Shown: piece after piece, positions 55,702-64,000 of the stretch
Layout of the letters: each line of letters opens with the position of its first letter
Position numbering within the stretch: position 1 is the first letter of the stretch
DNA from: the human T2T-CHM13v2.0 reference genome, Homo sapiens
Length of the DNA: 64,000 bases
NCBI RefSeq assembly: GCF_009914755.1
Contig: NC_060941.1
Reading direction: 5' to 3' (one strand)
The notes under the pieces: model-generated
Databases searched by the model: none
Told to the model about the DNA's origin: nothing
The model's input: only the letters and a program-made list of their open reading frames with translations
Made by a program: the position numbers and the translations under genes

Positions 55702-55806
55702 TAGCCAGGATGGTCTCAATCTCCTGATCTCGTGATCTGCCCGCCTCTGCCTCCCAAAGTGCTGGGATTACAGGCGTGAGCCACCACGCCCAGCCTTAGT
55801 ATGTGA

Positions 55807-56086
<280 letters not shown>

Positions 56087-56347
56087 TGAGCCACCGCGCC
56101 CAGCCAGTGTGTGACTTAAAGATATCTGTCCCTGAGAGCTATGGACTATTTAGAGCAAGGCTTGGGGGCTAAGTAGTCATATCACAGTGATATTAAAATG
56201 CAGTTGAGGGGGAAATTGCTGGAAGACTGGAGTCAATCAGGAAAGACTTCACAAAGAATTGGGTGATTTGAGACTCACTGATTAGAGCCTTCATTTAGGT
56301 CGGGGCTGTCCGGTCTGTATGAGGCAGACCGAGAGCAACACTGGTAA

Positions 56348-56860
<513 letters not shown>

Positions 56861-59141
56861 TGACTTGCCAGTGAGCTCGTGGGTGTTTGTGAGAGGCTTT
56901 GAACCAGCCACCTGGCTGCATTTGCAGCTTCTCAGGCTCTTAGTAGCTGTCGCTTTACACCCTCTCCTTAGCTGTTGATGAGTCTCAAAATGTATACTTT
57001 TCAATAAAACAAATCTTTTTTTCAGCCTTGAATAGACCCTGTGAAAAACTGAATCCCACCTGCCTCGTGAGAAATATTTATATAGCCAACTCAGAAGTGA
57101 TCGTGTAAACTTTTAATAATTGCGAGCCGTTCTTATAAAATTATGCCCGTTCCCTAGTGCATTACCCAGTTGGTAATTGGAAGTTTGTGCTGTCATTAAA
57201 AATGACGGCTTCCTCAGATAACATTCTCGGTGCTTGTAAAATGCAAATAACCAAACCTATATTTAACTTATGTGTGTTGCAGCTTCCTTTCAACGGCCAG
57301 GTAACCTAGGGGGCTGGTGCCTGTTAAAGAGGAGGGCTTGCCGCGGGGAACTGCAGCTTTGTGCTCTTCAATGCCCAGCCCTGAAATGGAGTTAGAACAG
57401 GCAGGACTTTTTAAAAATAAGCCCCAGTTGGACTCTCATCTCCTCTCACCGTTGACACTGCTGTTCATGTTGAAGTTTATTTATATCTTCAGTCAGCCAT
57501 GGTACAGAGGTCATTTCCATTGGCCTAAAATTTTAGAGGCTTATATGTTTGCCTGGGAAAGCTGATCTCCTCAGCACTTAGGCTTGTAATGCAAAGCCTG
57601 TCTCTTGCAGAAGCTTTTCTGCTTCCATAACACGGCGACTCCCACCGTCACCACCACCACCAATTTCCTGCTCCACGATTTATTCAAAATCTGAATAGCT
57701 GTATAAGGTGCATCCCTGCAAATGAGCTCTCCTCCTCTAATGGGCTCTTTCCAGGCAGCAAACCTTTCACAAAGGAGCCACTAATTAAGCAAAAAACAGT
57801 TTGTCTTGCTTAGCCACGTTTCAGGAGTCCAGCAGTCAGTTTAGAAGACGGCAACATCCTTTACAGCCGTGATGGTAATAATATTCTTTTGTCTCATACC
57901 AGGGTCTCTAACTGGCAATTTGGGTGTCTGGGTGTGCGTGTGTCCCTGTTCTGTCTTGCTCTCCATCTTGAAGAGGAAAATTTGTTTCCGTGGACTTTTA
58001 TTTTTTTGGAAATCCTTGTTAAAGTTACTCTGTAAGGATCAAACCCACACCAAGCCTTCCTGGTTGGAAAGAGGCGCTGCCTGAGTGTCGATTTGCAGTG
58101 GGGGCACGCGCAGGCTCTCCGGGAAAACGCCTGTCAGTCAAAGCGGCTCTCTCGTGAGAGCGTCTGACTGCTCGGTTCCCTTCCATCTCCGTCTGCTGGA
58201 GAATTGAAGGTGTTAGCAGGTTCACCGGGCAGCAACGCTCAGACCGATGTGCAGGCCACCGCCGCATGCTGCACGTGCCTCCTAATAGAACCTTGAGCTC
58301 CCGCAGCCAAGCCTCATTTTGTGTGTGTGTTATTAAAGTGCCGGTGACTAGGAAAAGCAGAGCCCTCTTAATTAGAGAGCGACATCCTTGCATAGTGGTA
58401 GTGTTCCGTTTGTGGCATAATTGTCACAGCAAATTACCAGTTAGGTTAAATATTGGGCTGGTAGTTCTCAGCGCTTCCATTCTTGGCTCCACCCCGCCCT
58501 CCCCACCCTCTCCTACCCTCACCATCACCTGCTAGCCTGCACTTTTAACTTGATCTTCTGCCAAGTGATAGCTTTTAAGTGAGGCTTAGAGCAGATACAC
58601 TTTACAGCAGGAGCAATAAATCTAGCTTTGGGCAAGTTACAGGATGCCAGGAACATCTGAATGAGGGGGGCAATTTTTGCTGTGTGTATGGGGGTGTGCT
58701 GGGTCGTCTCGTGGGGCTCAGCTATAAAACTGGGTCCTCCGTATATCTGACATGGTGTCTGTCCCGTGAGAAGATACTTGAGGTGACACAAGAAATGTGA
58801 AGGAAATAGAAGACCTGGTCCCTTCTCATTATCCGTCCATGGCGGGGGGGGAGCCTCACAAAATGGAAGAGCACTTTCTATAAGCAAAACCAGAGTGACA
58901 CAGAGGATGCTGAGTACGTGGTGTGTGAAGGGAGTCCAGTGAAGGAGAGCGGACAGTCTGGTGGAGGCAGACAAAAAACCTATGAGTTGTCATCGTGAAG
59001 TTGCAAAAAAGGGATTGGCTGGCCGGGCGCAGTAGCTCACGCCTGTAATCCCAGCACTTTGGGAGGCCGAGGTGGGTGGATCACCTGAGGTCGGGAGTAC
59101 AAGACCAGCCTGACCAACATGGAGAAACCCCGTCTCTGCTA

Positions 59142-59412
<271 letters not shown>

Positions 59413-60432
59413 TTAGCTTGGTTTGAGTGGTGAGTCTTTGTAGAAAAATAAATGAGATTGCTGCACACTGGGAGGGCGGCCTGGATCTTCATTTCCTTGG
59501 AGCTTAAGACTTAAGCCCTGTGGAATGTAAGTCCTAGGAGTGTCCTTTGTCACTAATTGATCTTTCAGCTGCTCATAGAGCTGGCATTCTTGCAGGCCAG
59601 GTACACGAGAAGATAGAGCCGGAGCAGCCTGCCTCCGCTTAGCCAACTGCATAGCTGAGGAAATCCTGCCGGGCATGTTATTGGAGGGTTGTGCACTCTA
59701 TTCCTCACGAGCTTCGTGCTGGGATGCTCATTTTCTCTGGACAAAGATAGACTGGCTCCCTCTCTTGTTGATGGAATGGAAATTCTCTCTTGCATTATGG
59801 TTTCTGTGATAACTTTGGTGGCGGTGGTGTGGGGATAATGAAGAGTCTCTTAATGGCTCTAGTTAAACCTGGTAATATCACTCTATCACACTGGAGCCGG
59901 CCGTGGGAATCTAACCCACTTTTGTATTCCTAAACGCCTAAAACCTGCCACTGGCATCTTCGCATAATAAGGAACCAGTCATCGCTCGTCTGTGTCCTGG
60001 AACATATTTATAAGCCTATGTTAATTTCTGGACTCCGGAATGGCGCCTCTTCCAATCCCAGCCCTCGGTCAGTCTCTCCGGATAGACTTGGGAAGTCAGG
60101 TCGTTTCAGCCACACATCACCATTCTCCGTCCCTGAGCCCGGCATGCTGGTTTAGTGCCCCCAAAGGAAGAGAACTCATTTTATTCTGGAAATTGGGAAA
60201 GTGAATTTGCTTCAGGACCTGCCTAGGTCTAATTAGTCCAGTCCGTAAGCAGGCCTGGCTCCGTGTCTGAGGCATGCGTGCACGTGGATGGTGTGTGTGC
60301 ACACGTGTGTGTGGCATGTGCACGTGTGTGCCCTGGCAGCCACTATAACGTGCCCGGCAGTGGCCGCTGTTCGCCCAGGTTGGCCCAGTTCAGTCCTGCT
60401 TCTCAGGGTGGCTGGTAGATGTGGCCACCTTA

Positions 60433-60495
60433 CAACCCCCAAAAGCCTTCCATGTGCACCCCCAACCCCCAAAAGCCTTCCATGCGCACCCCCAA
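60433..60495. repeat. 30-bp tandem duplication, C-rich
   Basis: caacccccaaaagccttccatg(t/c)gcacccc at 60433 and 60463. Confidence 0.9.
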
Positions 60496-60779
60496 ATGGA
60501 GAAGGGGCCGGGTGGGGTGTCATTAGGAGATGGGGGCCACGTGCCAAGACAGAGGAAGGGGAAATGGGGAGAAAACAACAAGAAAAGGAATAGGTGGGGA
60601 GAGAGGTCATTTTAACCTAAATTAAATAATGGAAATGACCATTATGAACACAACGAGGGCAGGGATTCCGTAGCCAGAGCTGCGAGACCGTGACAAATGG
60701 CTCTCCAGGGAAACGGGGTGCAGCCTCCTCTCCTGGAAGTCAGGAAAGGGGTCTCTCCACCAACCAGGGGCGGGAGGCA

Positions 60780-61650
60780 GAGCCTGCGCTGCCGGATTTA
60801 GCCTGGAAGTTAAAATCGCTGAAGCAGTTTATAGAAACAGCAGAGTGAGCCGCCGCGCACAATCAGTAGGCAGGATCCAGAGACGATGGCATAAATGTTT
60901 CAAATGTGCTCAGGGTAATTAGTTTTGAATTACCATGTGCATATTTTAAACATTTAAATGATCATCCCAGGTTTTCGAAAACAGTTGCACGCGGCTTGAT
61001 GTCACCTCCCCTCCCGGGCGGCCTCCCCAAGGGGACACAGCCAGGTGGGGCCTGCGGGTCCCGCGACCTCAGCCGGGGAGGGGCGCGCGCTAAGCCCGGG
61101 GATCAGCGCGGATTAGGCCGCAGCCCCGAGTCCTGGAGCAGCCGCTCGCCCGGGACTTCCCGTCCTCCAAGCCTGCGTCGGCTGTGCCAGGTTTTCAAGA
61201 CGATCTGCTCAGCGTTTAGGTTTCCCATTGTGCATGAAAATGCAATTCCACGCGGGCAGTTTTTCTCCCCCGTTTGATTTCCTGGAGACCCGGGTGGCTG
61301 GGAAACTTGAAAGGTGACTGGCCAGGTGGGAACCGCGTTTGGTGTTTGAAGCCAGCCACCTTGTCCGCCAGTCTCTCGAGGCGACCTGCCTTGCAGCAAC
61401 TCCATTCTCCCTGGGGTTCGACTCAGAATGCAAACGACGATTTCCAAATTCCCTAATTCCGGAGGCGCTGGGAGGGGCGAAGGTGTCAGGCCTGGACCCC
61501 CACCCCCCGCCCGCGCCTTCCCTGCCGGCTGCAGGGGCGGATCCAGGCTGCGCCCTGGGGTGTCTCACAGAGGCCCTGTCGGCGGGGCGCGGCGGGTCGG
61601 GGTGTCTAAAGTCAGATCCCTAACTTCAGACACCCGAATTTAGCATCGTG
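60780..61650. promoter_or_regulatory. Orphan CpG island / candidate enhancer or promoter
   Basis: Non-repeat, GC- and CpG-rich, with GC boxes (ggggcgg) at ~60767 and ~61534; no convincing coding ORF. Confidence 0.7.
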
Positions 61651-61701
61651 GCTTAGAAACGCTGCCCTGTGTCCCCTTCCTCCCGGTTACAAGCTGTTTC
61701 T

Positions 61702-61716
61702 CCAGCAGGTGGAGCT
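61702..61716 (+). promoter_or_regulatory. CTCF-like motif CCAGCAGGTGGAGCT at the CpG island edge
   Basis: One mismatch to CCAGCAGGTGGCGCT; motif match only. Confidence 0.4.
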
Positions 61717-63327
61717 GGGAGAATAAAAACTATGAGCCTGTGCCTGGGACCTTGCAGAGGGAGCTATCTGTGCTGAAATCCTGGTTGAATGAAAATTGTT
61801 CATTATGCAAACTGTCTGGTTCAGTACACAGAGGCAGCCCCCAGGCGCAAACCCCAAGTAGCTGCTTCTTCTCTCCCCAGATTAAAACATATGAACTGCT
61901 TTGATGTAATCTTATAACAAAGCCTAATAGAAATTTTATTTCTTTGAAGTTGCCTGTCATTTCTTATTGCCCCCCTTCTCCCGTCCTATTAATACCCGTA
62001 CAGTCTGGGATATGCAGCCGAGTTTAGACTGTATTTGACGATGGGAACAGTGTGTTTTCCTCGGCAGTGGTCTGAGTTATTTAAATGCAGTTACATTGCT
62101 TGCAATATGTTTAATCTCTTGGGCTTCCCCCCCGCCCACTGCTATTTATCATGTTAATAGAATGCTACAGAATATCACATTATGCAATGTGTTTAAATTG
62201 ATAAATTATATTAGAAAAATATTGCATAGGCGTGTTAATGGTAAGTGGGTTTTTGTAGAAACAGTTTCTCATTAGTAGATCAGCTGCTCACAGGGTAGAA
62301 ATTGTAAGGATTTGGGAATATGCTATATTTATGACCTATTTGGCTAATTAAAATTAAGGCATAATTTTAGCATGAAGTTACTGCAAGACTTTGCAGAGAG
62401 GGTGGGGAAAGAAACTTGCCCAAATCCAGTTACTTTTAAATGTCAGTTGCCATAACAACTTCACATGAGCCATATTTTTACTTGAAAATTCCTTTTAGGA
62501 TTCGGTTGCTATAATAATTTGCCTCAGCTCTTTTTAGGAGACATATTTTCCAATTTTCCTTCTGTGATCATTTCAAGACTTTCATTACTGTAACGAAAAA
62601 TGACCATGGAAACCTCAACTCTTCCTTTCTCCGTGTGCAGGAGCAGAGTGGTCCCCCAAAATAGAAATATAGGTTTCCAGGAGGTATTCTGTAGGAAGGT
62701 GCCCCCAGGCCATGGGGGAAGGGGCCAAGCTCTGGGGATCCATTGTTGCAGGAGCCAGTTCCCTTCTGGGTGGGAATTATGAAGCCCACAGAATTTTTTG
62801 AGGTGTGGCTGTTAAGCTTTTCTATGTCCTGGGAGTTTTGCATGAGGCAAAGGCCAGCCTGACCATCTCAAGGAAGAATGAGTCTACTCATGTATTATGA
62901 AGGCCCATTGGGGGCCGTCAGCTTGTCATTCAGTGGAACTGCTGGTATTTGATGAGCAAGTGAGGCAATCCCCAAAGTATTTACTTAGAAGCAAAGTAGT
63001 AGCAGAGTAAAGTTCAGTGCCCTTTCTTTCGGTGTTTAGCTGCTAACCTTCATTCATTAGCCAATATGACCTCCAAGAAGCACCTGCAGCTATGCTGTGT
63101 TCTGGCCACAGACACACCAGAGAGGACTAGTTTCTGCCAGCTTTCAGATCTCTCTGGGCCAACACCGTCATTGCTGAGGGCAGGCTCGGGGTCCCAAGGA
63201 AAAGGTCCCGCAAGCGGGAAGAACATTCCATTTCAAAAGGCTTCTGGTTCCTCCTTCTGGGGGGAGCATGGCTGCTCTTGCTGACTAGTGTCCCTGACAG
63301 AAGCTGTAATCGGGTCTCTGGCTTTAG

Positions 63328-63892
<565 letters not shown>

Positions 63893-64000
63893 TGAAACCC
63901 CATCTCTGCTAAAAATACAAAAATTAGCTGGGTGTGATGACACGTGCCTGTAATCCCAGCTGCTCGAGAGGCTAAGCCACAAGAATCCCTTGAACCCGGG

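Noticed and set aside
60906-61643. Overlapping 60-120 aa ORFs in the CpG island
   Set aside because: Expected from stop-codon scarcity in GC-rich DNA; no recognisable domain or splice structure.

Overview
Human (or great-ape) genomic DNA, not microbial. The window covers the 3' two-thirds of RPA1 (replication protein A 70 kDa subunit, + strand). It holds 13 coding exons (5-17 by recalled numbering) with GT-AG boundaries that splice into the known protein from about Arg91 to the stop at 49968-49970, followed by a 3' UTR with several poly(A) signals and about 11 kb of downstream intergenic DNA containing an orphan CpG island. The introns are very Alu-rich (about 65 copies or fragments by eye) and also carry old L1/L2/MIR relics, a fragmented Tigger1 and several minisatellites. 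Most short ORFs in the track are Alu translation artefacts. I found no new gene system. The most interesting unexplained structures are: (1) an antisense SDHC processed pseudogene made from an exon-3-skipped mRNA, nested in an Alu tail and carrying a stop at the codon equivalent to the disease allele p.Arg133*; (2) a complex templated insertion at 17396-17731, made of an inverted copy of 15868-16206 plus a 14-bp patch from 17821-17835 between 10-bp duplications; (3) other local copy and recombination scars; (4) a 67/66-bp higher-order G-rich VNTR next to the exon 11 donor; and (5) a 63-bp VNTR born on a Tigger1 catalytic motif. All coordinates were counted by hand; repeat boundaries and subfamilies are approximate.
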